Part shown: positions 40,801 to 52,290 of the stretch, in pieces
Layout: each line of letters starts with the position of its first letter
Numbering within the stretch: the stretch's first letter is position 1
NCBI GenBank assembly: GCA_050273025.1
Contig: CP158635.1
Span: 28,768,001-28,832,000 of the forward strand
Origin: Cenococcum geophilum
Lineage: Eukaryota
Reading direction: 5' to 3'
DNA length: 64,000 bases
The notes under the pieces: model-generated
The model's input: only the letters and a program-made list of their open reading frames with translations
Database searches by the model: none
Told to the model about the DNA's origin: nothing
Position numbers and translations under genes: made by a program

Positions 40801-42888
40801 AGAAATCTTAGCGGAAGATATCGCTAGAATCTATATTAAAGAAGTATTTATAAGACATAGAGTATTAGGTAAAATTATATTAGATAGAGATCTAAGATTT
40901 ATAGCAGCATTTTAGGAGGTATTTTTGGCGGAATAAGGAGTTTAAGTAGCAACTTCCACTGTATATTATCTGCAGATAGATAGTTAAACGGAAAGGTTAA
41001 ATTAGACACTGGAGCAGTATTTAAGATATTACGTTAATCACGCACAGAATAATTAGGTATTGCTATTACTAGTTATATAGTTTGCATACAATGCAACACT
41101 ATAAGAAGGAATGGGTATGTTACTATTTAAGGCGAATTACGGATATAAGCTAAGAATATTATTATCGCTATATTAAGTAAAGAAAATGAGTAGTAGAGCT
41201 AAGTAAAGGATAAAGACTTTAATAAATCTTTATGTAAACCTTATAGAATTAGTAAAGAAAGTATAAAAGAGAATAAAAAGGTACTATAATGCTAAGAGAT
41301 CTAAGGGACCAGATCTTAAGGAGGGAGATAAAGTATAGCTACTATATAAAAATTTTAAGAGTCGACGACCAAGTAAGAAGTTGGACTATGTTAGACTAGG
41401 ACCTTTTGAAATTAAGTAGAGAATTTTACTGGTTATGTTTAAGTTAAACCTACTAGCTAAAATAAAGATCTACCCTATATAGTATATCGTGATGCTAGAG
41501 CTAGTATATAGGAATGTTAAGCTACTGGTTTATAAAGTAGACACGTATAGAGGTTAGGAGGAAGACAAATAGTAAGTTTTAAAGATCGTTAGTTATAAGG
41601 ACGTTGATGATAAAACATAGTATAAGGTTAAGTAGATAGGCTATACTAAGACTACCTGGGAGCTACTAGAGAATTTAAAGAACGCTATAGGAAAGGTATA
41701 GGAGTATTAGAAGAAAATAGGTTAGGCAATATTAATAAGGAAGAATTGCTAAAAAACGAGTTACCTAAGGGGGACCTAAGAAGAGCGACTGCCGAACTAC
41801 TTGGAGTTGTTCCCTTTATAGGAAGAGAGTTAGTTCTCTTATTACCAAGTTCCTAAAGACCTTATTCCATAAGTTTCCACTCCTTAGAACGGACCTTTTT
41901 ATGTACTTTCTTAAGACGAATTAACCGAGCGGACGCAGCAAGACGAGACTTAAGGGCCCGTTATTGAGTATTGGCGGCCTCTTTCTTAGCGTCCTAGGAA
42001 TAATAAAGTTTTACTAGTGTAACTAAGAGCTTATTATTAAGCTTTGTAGCAGCGGATTAAATATAAGACCCTATAATAAATTACTTAGGGAACTTAAAGA
42101 CTATTAAGAGTTATAAGGTGTGTATATTTAGCGTTAAAAACAGAGCAAATATCGTAAGACGATTGAATATTTACTTTAGTGCACTCTAAATAAGAGGATG
42201 GTTGCCGAGATAAAGGACTTGCTAGCGCAATATAAACTAACCCCTCTTTTACATAACGAGAATAAGGAGATGGCATTATTTTACCTAGCGATAATATGGA
42301 GGTAACTGTACGCGCATAATAAAGGGTTAAAGAAGAAGAAATTACTTTAGGTATTATAAGTAACGATATTAACTAAATTAATTAGATAGATATTATACCT
42401 CTAGTAAACGACTTAGAGATGCTAGAAATCTTTAAGGACGAAGATGGAGAGGAGGGAGATGGTGTTACGGACGCTTTAAGTATAATGTTACGACTACTTA
42501 GAGAGGAGTTGGAAGAAGCTAGTTGGTTAATAAGAGTACGGTCTAGGATGGATCCGGTAGAGCTATATAATAAGGAATAGTAACCAAGGTTATATAATGT
42601 GATCTATATAATCTATAGGATCTGTATAATCCGTAATAGAGTAGATAGAGCGCACGTATATTATATATAAGAAGGATTTTATAGGAGTACGGTTGCGTAT
42701 TTAAGGACCCTTAGTCCCTACCTAGATAGTTCCTTCCTTGTAGTAATTCTTAGAATATAATTAAAGTTAATCTGTTGGGCAACCACTCCACCAGTTATTA
42801 TTACTTGTTGACTATTATTATTTGCATTTCCTATACACCTAGCCTATTAACGAGCCCATCGTAGTTCTTGCTATAAGGTTCCGTTATA
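34840..42888 (+). mobile_element. Complete Ty3/Gypsy chromovirus D (8.0 kb), relative of C
   Basis: 426-bp LTRs 34840-35265 and 42463-42888; TSD gtagg (34835-34839, 42889-42893); CCHC ~36320; YL(D)DIIIY ~39420; chromodomain ~41570-41710. Confidence 0.95.
41700..42354 (-). pseudogene. RIP-degenerate antisense gene of Gypsy D: Zn(II)2Cys6 cluster plus coiled coil, one intron
   Basis: ORF track 42094-42276 gives Y-x2-Y-x6-Y-x13-Y-x2-C-x8-Y; TAT/TAC arise from TGT/TGC by RIP; same spacing in Gypsy C; 3' end approximate. Confidence 0.7.
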
Positions 42889-43683
42889 GTAGGTCTATAT
42901 AGAATAGATTTATCCTTAAACTTATCCTTATAGAGAGGTTCTAGTAGACTAATCGTCTATAGGGTATCCTCTAATGCTTCCCTTAGTAGGTAGTTAATAT
43001 TTTAACCCTTAGGGTTATAAAACGAGGTCTTATTAAATATAATATCTCTAGTTTAAATAACTTTATAGAGACTTAGAATCCAGATTTAGTAGATATTAGT
43101 TAAATTATAGCTAACTAGGTGTCTAATTAACATATAAGGACCTAGCTTATCTCCCCTTTTAACTCTTTTGTCTAGTGTATAGGTCTTATAGCTATATACG
43201 TGCATATAGGTAAGTGATAGCGGCTTACCGTAGGCGATTTTATACGGAGTTTTCCATTTTAGTTACTTATTTGGGGTTTAATTAAGGGCGTATCTAGCAG
43301 TAAAAAACGCCTCTGGTCCTAGAAACGGGGGTAAAAAAGCTTCTAGCTGTATAGCCCTAGACCGTTCTATAAGGGTTCGTCTAGATCGTTTAGCTTCGCT
43401 ATTTTGTTCTTCTATATATAGGGCTCGGCATTTAAAAGTAATACCTTTATCTGCGCACTATGTCTATAGGGTGTCTCCTATCTGTCTAAAAGCTCGTTTA
43501 TTATTACTCCAGAAGAAAACAACGTCTTAATAGAATTGTAATTTAATTAATCGATATATCTTACAAATGGTAGGTAGGATGGTAGCTTTATCCTTATTCT
43601 TAGCGGTAAATATAAAATTAAATTTAGAATATATACAATAGAAGTACATTATATATCTATTGCCGTTATACCCTAGTTCTCTA

Positions 43684-44571
43684 CTGCAGTTTTCTTATCT
43701 TCTGCAAATTCGCTTGATAAGAGCCGCCCACATTACAATGCGCATCAAAAAATACACCCCCTATCGCCCCACTAAATATCGCTCTATATTTTATATATAG
43801 AGGCCTATTTTATAGCTCTATTCTAGGGCTATAAAATAAGCCCTTATTTATATAATTTAGGGTTGTTTTTGTGGAGTTATAGGGGGTGCTTATTGAGGAG
43901 TTATAGGGGGTGCTTATTGAGGAGGGTCGCAATCGCGCAGAGCCTCAATTCAAGTTTTATAGCTACCCCCTATAGCCCCATTAAATATAGCTCTATATTT
44001 TTTATATAGAGGCCTATTTTATAGCTTTATTCTAGGGCTATAAAACAAGCCCTTATTTATATAATTTAGAGCTATTTCAGTAGAGTTATAGGGGGTGCTT
44101 GTTTTGGGGGCAAGGTGGTTCCTAAATTAGTCAGCGCAGAGCCTCAATTAAGTTTTGCAGCTGTTGCAAAGCACCCCATATAATTCCACCAATATTAGTC
44201 CAATTTATATAAATAATGGCTTATTTTATAGCCCTAGAATAGGACTATAAAATAGGCCTCTATTTATAAAATATAGAGCTGTGTTAGTGGGGCTATAGGG
44301 GGTAGCCGTAAAACCTGAATTGAGGCTCTGCGCGATCGCGACCCTCCTCCATTCCTATCAATAAGCACCCCCTATAACTCCACAAAAACAACCCTAAATT
44401 ATATAAATAAGGGCTTATTTTATAGCCCTAGAATAAAGCTATAAAATAGGCCTCTATATATAAAATATAGAGCTATATTTAATGGGGCGGTAGGGGGTGT
44501 ATTTTTTGATGCGCATTTGTGATGTGGGCGGCTCTTATCAAGCGAATTTGCAGAAGATAAGAAAACTGCAG
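43684..44571. mobile_element. 888-bp foldback/MITE with very long inverted arms and internal sub-repeats
   Basis: ctgcagttttcttatcttctgcaaattcg ... cgaatttgcagaagataagaaaactgcag, flanked by TA; arms pair over ~400 bp. Confidence 0.88.
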
Positions 44572-44595
44572 TAGGGTAATAATATTAAATGCTAG

Positions 44596-45758
44596 AGGGA
44601 ACACCAAAATCGAGATCCGACCTATACGATCCTATAGGGGTTCCTTTCCACCTCATCTTGTCCACATAGTCAAGCTGAGAGTGAGGATCTCGTCTGTTAC
44701 TGATGCAGCAGCGTTACGTTATGGCTAGAGGGGGCCTTTAAATACTCAACCCTCGACGCCGTCAGAACAGCAGAGTTTTCACAGGCCTTGGCGCCAAGAC
44801 CAGTTAAAAAGACGACTCCATAAAAGCGACCTCTGCACCCCCATGCGGTGGAGCCCGGGAACCTAGCAGCTACTATTAATGTTCTATTTAGATTGTGTTA
44901 ATAGACTACTAGAGCGAACGCAGAGACGTATATACGGCTGCGCAGCGCCTGCGCAGCAACGTGGTGGTGGTGTAAAGACTTTTCACTAAGGGGTAAGCCT
45001 CAGCAAAAGTTTGAACACTACTACTACGTCTTTAACGTATATATTTAGACATTAAATCGACAAGTATCATTCCTTTGGCGTACCCCCTCCTTCCTATAAA
45101 TACTATATACACTATATAGCATCCATATATATACACACGCAATCCGCGCCCTAAGCGTAGCAGAGGCCCCCTATTTTAATATTATCCGGTAACCTAGGTA
45201 TCTAGTTATAGGGATTAGGCCCCCTATTAAATACTAGAGTATCCTCCTATACCTAATATATGGGTATAAGGGCCTAGGTTTAGGCCCTAGGGCAAAAGCA
45301 ATACTAAGTTATATACACCCTATTATAGAAACCCTTTAATAGAGGAATAGATAAGAGATCTTAGCATACAGGCCCAGGCGGAACGCAAGTGTTATTATTA
45401 TTAGGAGATATTTATAGGAGACTTAGAAAAGGAGCTAGGGATAGGCATATAACCTAGATAAGCAACATACAGATATAGCAAAGATAGTTTAAATGGCAAA
45501 TAGGGCAAGATAGGCATTTTAGACACTCCCGCATAAGGGGAGTCTCAAAGCAGTAACCTAATATTGTTTTTCTCCTCCCGTTAATGTAGTACGAATGCTA
45601 TCTAGAAGTATTACCTCTTACGTCTCCCCTGGAGGTTTTTTGTACACTTAAAAATGGGGTTTTTCTCAGATAAAGAGGTTTTTCCCATAGGAATTAGTCT
45701 GTGTGGACCCATTAGGGGGACCAGGTCGGACGGTAAATTAAATCTTATATATATATAT
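44596..45758 (+). mobile_element. 1.16-kb non-LTR-type (TPRT) insertion with (TA)n tail, probably non-autonomous
   Basis: 14-bp TSD atattaaatgctag (44582-44595, 45759-45772); dinucleotide tail 45746-45760; Copia integrase sequence resumes on both sides. Confidence 0.75.
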
Positions 45759-48700
45759 ATATTAAATGCTAGCCGTTTAAATGGTTAAGTAGCTAGAAAT
45801 TTATATTCTCGTCTTTAAGAGATCTGCTACGTATGCTTTGCTAATAAGTAAGCTTTACATTTAACTTTAAGCGGTACTTATTTGTCGATTAGCTCTTTAA
45901 GCTCTGCGCTATTAATGTACTTAGGAAGCTGCTTAATAGCGTTAGGTCCTATATAGCTAAGTATTTTATGCTATTTTATAGCTATAGCTCCGACTAGTTT
46001 ATAGGCCATTCTGCTTAGTTAATATCTTCTTATTAAGAAGGTTAATTGAGTTATTAAATCTAGGGTAGGCTCTTTGTGTATTAGTGCCTAGTGGCCCCCT
46101 AGCCGTTTTATATAGCAGACTGTTTTGCTAGTTACTAGATAGTATAGCAAGTTTCGTTCTAAGTTGAAATAAATATTATTATTAGTGGCTCTTAAAAGCG
46201 CTGCGATATTTGTAAATATAGTAGGTACTAGCGCTATATGGGATAGCTTTATTTTTGAGTTCCTAGTAGGTGTATTAATAGTAATAGTTACTGTTCCGTA
46301 AGCTTGTATTTTCTTAAAATTTCCGCTAGCAATTAGGTAGTCGTCTTCTGCAGCTAGGTAGGAGAAGGTAAAGTCTTCTTAGTTGTTATAGACGTGGGTA
46401 TCTGCACTAGGGTTAAGTATTTAGGTGTTCTGGAGTTTAAATGAAATTTAACTAGTATTAAATACGGCAGTATAGCTAGTTGGGGTTTTAGAAGGTAGGG
46501 TTTTAGAATTAAAATTAATTGTAGATTCTGTACTCTTTTAATTGTCCTTTTTTGCCCCTTGTTTTTTAATCTATTTGACAATGCGTTTAATCTAAGGTAT
46601 AGATGAAATCTTTTTATCTACTTTCTTCTAGACGTCTGGGTTTAGTTTCTATTCTTAAGGGCGCTTATGCTTAGTAATATAGTAGCAGTCGCCGAATTAA
46701 TGTATAAGGCCGCATACGCATTCCTTATGCTATTTCAAATTACTGTTAGAATTAGAATTGCCGTTAGAATTTAAATCTGCATTTAAGTTGCCTTACAGAG
46801 TTGCAAAGGCTAAGTTATTAGCAGTAGAGGTAGAGGATGCCTACTGCATGCGGTAGTGCTCCTTAAATTCTTTAATAAAATCAATAATAGATGGGGCGTC
46901 TTTATCCTTCCGTTTTTTCCTAATAAGGTCTACTTCTAGTGCTCCTGCGAAACTAGAAGAGATAGGTTTGATTACTTAAATAAAATTATAGTGTGGCCTA
47001 AATCCCTGTATATCCGGTAGCTCTAATTACTCCGTAAGCTTATAGACGTTCCACTAGCTGTTTAACTATTTATTAATGCTCTGCTTTTTATTGTAGGCTT
47101 TTAGAGCTGTGTATTAATTAAGGACGTCATGCTTTTAACCTAAGGAGGTAGGGGCTAGAGCTTTCTTAAGTGCTTATAGCCGTTCGTATACCGTATTAAG
47201 GCCGTTAATAAGTAGAAGGTAGGCTACCGATGTGGTGCGGACGATGTAGTTGCTAATATCATTTATAGCCTGTTTTTGCTTCTTATATACGCGTAAATCG
47301 TCCTTATATTTGGTATAGAGCTAGTTATAGGCAGTAAGCTTAATTTGGTCCAGTTGAGCTATTGATATAACATTAGGAAGTACGTCCGCTGGTATAGGTT
47401 AATGCGGTAGTTCTAGCTTTAGAAGCTCGTCTTTTGTAAATAGGTTAATGTACTGCCATACCTTATTAGTTATAGCTGTGTCTTGGATAATAAAGAACTA
47501 CTATATCCAATTAGAAGGCTGGTTAAGGATGAGGTTAACTTTTAATTCGTTTATAGTTGTTATTTTTAGAATTTATAGGGTCAGGCAGGGTCCAATTGGT
47601 GGCTTAGCAAAAACCTTATTTTAACGTTTTAAACTTTTGATTTAATTTATCAGTTCGTTCGTTAGTTAGGTACGTACGGTTATTAACTAGGGTTAATCGT
47701 CCGCTTGTTTAATAGGTAAAGAAGCTTAAGACACCATAAAGGTAGTAAAAGTAGTGACTTCTTAAATATAGTAGTAGATTAATTGCTTAGCAGGTAGTGC
47801 GATCCGGGCTTATAACTGTAAGCTTTTGCAGTATATAGGAATTAAACAAGTAACTTAATTGTAAATGTAGCTCTAAAGTATCTATATATACACGAACAAA
47901 GGTAGGTTACTAGTACTCCTTAATCTTATCCTTAATATAGCCGTAATTGACATTTTAGGCTAATTAAAGCCAGCTGTAACCATTGCGGTCCACAGTACGT
48001 AATACAGCAGTATTTGTAACGTAGTACTAGTAGTTAGTTACAAATAGTATAGGAATGCTAAATATATATATAGATAGTATTTAACAGAAGTTTAGGAGTT
48101 AGAAGACTTAATACTTTAACTAGAAAGATTCTTTACAGAAGAATGCTTAGACGGATAATAGTAATAGAAGTACCTAAAGAATATATATTTATAGTATATT
48201 AAGGATAAAAAGAAAATTAGGCATTAGCTAAAAAATAAGCTAAGCGTAGCAGGATTAAACAGCTAATAGTTAGAAAAAGTAAAGGCCTATAAAACTAGAG
48301 GAAGCTAGTAGTAGAACCTTAGACCCTTAAAGAAAATTAAAAATAACACCTAAATTTATAAGTTAATTAGTAAGATTAGCAGTTTAAAGCACTAATAGAT
48401 AGTAAAGTAATAGAAAACTATATCTTACTAGCAGTAGTTAAAAGAATAGGATTACCTTATAGGTAGAAGAAACAACCTTACTTATTAGTTACAATTTTAG
48501 AGGATCTAATAGCCTCTAAAGGAGGGATTATTAACCTTAAAACAGGACCTATTTAAATAACTATTAAAGAAAGATAAATTAAGATATCTTTTAATATCCT
48601 ACTATTAGGACAGGATAAGGCAGTATTAGGTATACCTTAGTTACAGAAATATAATTTAAAGATTAATTAGATTACGGATTGGGTTAATATTAGAAATACT

Positions 48701-51599
48701 TAATACTATAAGATATAATAACAGACTAAGATAGTATAGTACTAAGTTAGAGCGATATATAAAGAGATTAAGCAAGGCTTAAGTTATATACTAAAGAAAT
48801 ACTATAAATATAGCAAGAAACTATAGAGCCTAGAAAGTAAAGAGCTAGTAAATTATATAGTATAGGACTGTAAAATAGAATTAGAACTAAGAATAAGTCT
48901 AAGGTTCTTTCTAACCTATAAGCTCACTTAAGAAGAGTTAAAAGCACTTAAGGAGTTTATTTAGGAAAACTTACGAAAGGGATATATTAGACTATTATAG
49001 TTATTAGCGGGATATCCAGTATTATTCGTACTAAAGAAGAACGGAAAACTTAGACTATGCATTAACTATAGATAGTTAAATAGTATTACTCAGAAGGATA
49101 GATATCCTTTACTCTTAATTAGCGAAATCTAAGATTGGATAGGCAATGTATAAATCTTTATAAAGATAGATCTAAGATAGGTATACTATTAGATTAAAAT
49201 TAAGGAAGGCAATAAATAGAAGGCAGCCTTTAGATTAAAGGAAGGACTATATAAACTATTAGTAATATAGTTCGGATTAATAAATATACTAATAACATTT
49301 TAAAAACAAATTAATAGTGTATTAGGAGAATACCTTAATAAGTTTATTATAGCATACCTTAACAGTATTATTATCTACTTAATAACTAAGGAAAAACATA
49401 GAGAGTACGTTAAATAGATTTTAAGGAGACTATAAGAAGAACAGATGCTAGTAGCAATTAAGAAATATAAGTTCTTTATAAGGAAGACCGATTTTATTAA
49501 ATTTATTATTAAACTAGGTTATATTAGTATAGACCCAAAGAAAATTAAAGCTATAGTAAGTTGGTAAGAACTAGAAAATGTAATATAGTTAAGGTTATTC
49601 CTAGGGTTTTACAACTACTATAAAAGGTTTATAGTATAGTAGTTAAAAAATATTAAACTATTTACTAGGCTTATAAAGAAAGAGGAACTATAGGTATAGG
49701 GAGATAAGTAGAGGAAGATATTTAAAGAACTTAAAGAGTTATTTACCTAGGAGCTAATCCTTAAAATTTATTAACTAGGACTAGACACGGTTATAGAAAC
49801 GGATGTATTAGACTTTATACTAGGAGTATACTTATTATAGAAGTATAGGAATACATAGTACCTAGTGGCATACTATAGTTAGAAGATAATACTACTAAAG
49901 TTAAACTATAACATCTATAACAAGGAGTTATTAGGTATAGTTATAGCACTTAAAGAATAGAGAGTATTCTTATAAGGCGTAGAGAAACTATTTATAGTTA
50001 AGACGGATTATAAAAACTTAATATAGTTTCTAATAATAAAAGAACTTAATTATAGACAGGTTAAATAGGCAGAAATGCTTATAGAATACTATTTTAAGAT
50101 TTAGTATACTAAGGGAACTAAAAATATAAAGGTAAATACGCTAAGCAGAAAAGCTAAACTATAGAATAATAAGAAATTATTAGGAGTAATACTACGTAAG
50201 GATAGGGATAGATTAATTAGGTATAATTACCCTAAGCTAGCAGCAACTTAAGAGAATAATAAACTAAAAAGAGTCTATAAGACACTAGAAAGCTTTTAGG
50301 TATAAAGAATTCTAAAAGCACAGCTAGAAGATTTATAGGTGGATATATATAAAAATTAAGAAGTAAAGTATATCCTAAAAAGCATAGCAGAACATTTTAT
50401 AGAAGATTTCTATAAGGGAATAACTTAAGGATATAATAGAGTAATAGGTTTAGTGTTAAGACTTTAGGAAGAATATATTATTAACGGAATCTAGGGTATA
50501 GCTAGAAAAGTAATAAAAGAATATCTAGATTGCTAAAGGAATAAACTAATAAGGTATAAGCTATATAAAGGGCTATAACCTATTAAAATACTAATAAGAC
50601 TATAGGAGGTCATATTATGGAACTTTATTATTAAGTTACTAAAGTTAAGAAATTCTATTACTAAATAGGAGCATAACGCGATCTTAGTAATAGTAGATAA
50701 GTTAACTAAATAGGGCTACTTTATAGTATATATAGAAGAAATCTTAGCAGAAGATATCGCTAGAATCTATACTAAGGAAGTGTTTATAAGATATAGAGCA
50801 CTAAGTAAATTATATTAGATAGGGATTTAAGATTTATAGTAGTATTCTAAAAGGTATTCTTAGCGGAACAAGGAGTTAGAGTAATAACTTCTACCGTATA
50901 TTATTTATAGACGGACGGATAAATAAAAAGATTAAATTAGATGCTAGAATAGTATCTAAGATATTATATTAATTACGTATAGAATAATTAGGTATTATTA
51001 TTACTAGTTATATAGTTTATATAGTTTATATATAATATAATACCACAAAAAGGGATAAGTATATTACTATTTAAGGCAAATTACGGATATAAGCTAAGAA
51101 CATTATTATTATTACGGTAAGTTAAGAAAACGAGTAGTATAACTAAAGAAAGGATAAAGATATTAATAAATCTTTATATAAACCTTATAGAATTAGTAAA
51201 AGGAGTATAAAAAAGAATAAAAAAGTACTATAACGCTAGGAGATCTAAGGGACTAGATCTTAAAGAGGGGGACAAAGTATAGCTACTATATAAAAATTTC
51301 AAGAGTTAACAACTAAGTAAAAAGTTAAACTATATTAGACTAGGACCTTTTAAAATTATATAAAGGATTTTACTAGTTACGTTTAAGTTAAACCTACTAG
51401 CTAAGATAAAAATCTACCCTATATAGTATATTATAATACTAGAGCTAGTATATGGGAGCGTTAAGCCACTAATTTATAAAGTAGATATATATAGAGAATA
51501 AAAGAAAGATAAGTGGTAAGTTTTAAAGATCGTTAGTTATAAGAATATTAATAATAAAATATAGTACGAGGTTAAGTGAATAGGCTATAATAAGACTAC

Positions 51600-52290
51600 C
51601 TAAAAACTACTATAGAATTTAAAAAAATGCTATAGAAAAGGTATAAGAGTATTAGAAGAGAATAAGTTAGGTAATATTAAGAAGGAGTTAAAGATAAAGA
51701 GATTAGTTAAAGGTAATAGACGAGCTAGGTTATCTAAGGGATCTACTATTAGTATATAAGTTATTTCCGCCTCTTCTTAATTAGAATCCTTTTTGGCCTC
51801 CTTAGCCTTAAGCTTAGAGAAACCTTACTCTACTAAACGTAACTCTTTTAAGCACACCTTTTTATAAACCTTTACTAAATGGCTTAGGCGAGTATAAGTA
51901 TCTAATTAAGCTTTTAGAGCCTAAGATGCCTTATTAAAATAACGCCAAACCTTAGCAAAGGCCTTAGCTAGCTTGCTCTCTAGTTTTTTAGCCGCTATTA
52001 ATATATATAACCCTAGAGTAGATTAAATAAGGAACTAGACGGTTATAAAGAATAATAAAATACGTACACTTAGCGTTAAAGATAGATTAAATATTATAGG
52101 ATAATTGTATATTCGCTCGCGTATACTTAATATAGAAAGAAGGTTAGTAACTAAATAGAGCTGTAATTATAATATATACTAACTTCTTCTCCGTATAATA
52201 AGAGTAGGATAGTATAACTTTACTAAGCAATAGAATAAATATTACTGGCTAGTTATGATGATTAGATATAAAAGATCTAATAGGAGGCAT
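51600..52290 (-). pseudogene. RIP-degenerate antisense gene of Gypsy C: Zn(II)2Cys6 cluster plus coiled coil, intron 52067-52013
   Basis: ATG at 52290 (MPPIRS..); SYSYYTEKKLVYII..PSFYIKYTRANIQLSY pattern; intron GTACGT...CTAG; exon 2 homologous to D; 3' end approximate. Confidence 0.7.

Larger units (their letters stand above)
32439..48042 (-). mobile_element. Ty1/Copia retrotransposon (gag-PR-IN-RT-RH order), interrupted by Gypsy D, a foldback element and a TPRT-type insertion
   Basis: 226-bp LTRs 32439-32664 and 47817-48042; TSD aatag (32434-32438, 48043-48047); PBS-like gttataagcccg; minus-strand FY(V)D(D)I ~33840; integrase lies upstream of RT. Confidence 0.92.

Noticed and set aside
44640..44720. 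Hammerhead or HDV-like ribozyme at the 5' end of the TPRT element
   Set aside because: ctgagag and ctgatgc do not match the CUGANGA core and I could not assemble an HDV fold by eye
46354..46581. 75-aa minus-strand ORF
   Set aside because: Residual piece of the Copia gag-protease region, not an independent gene
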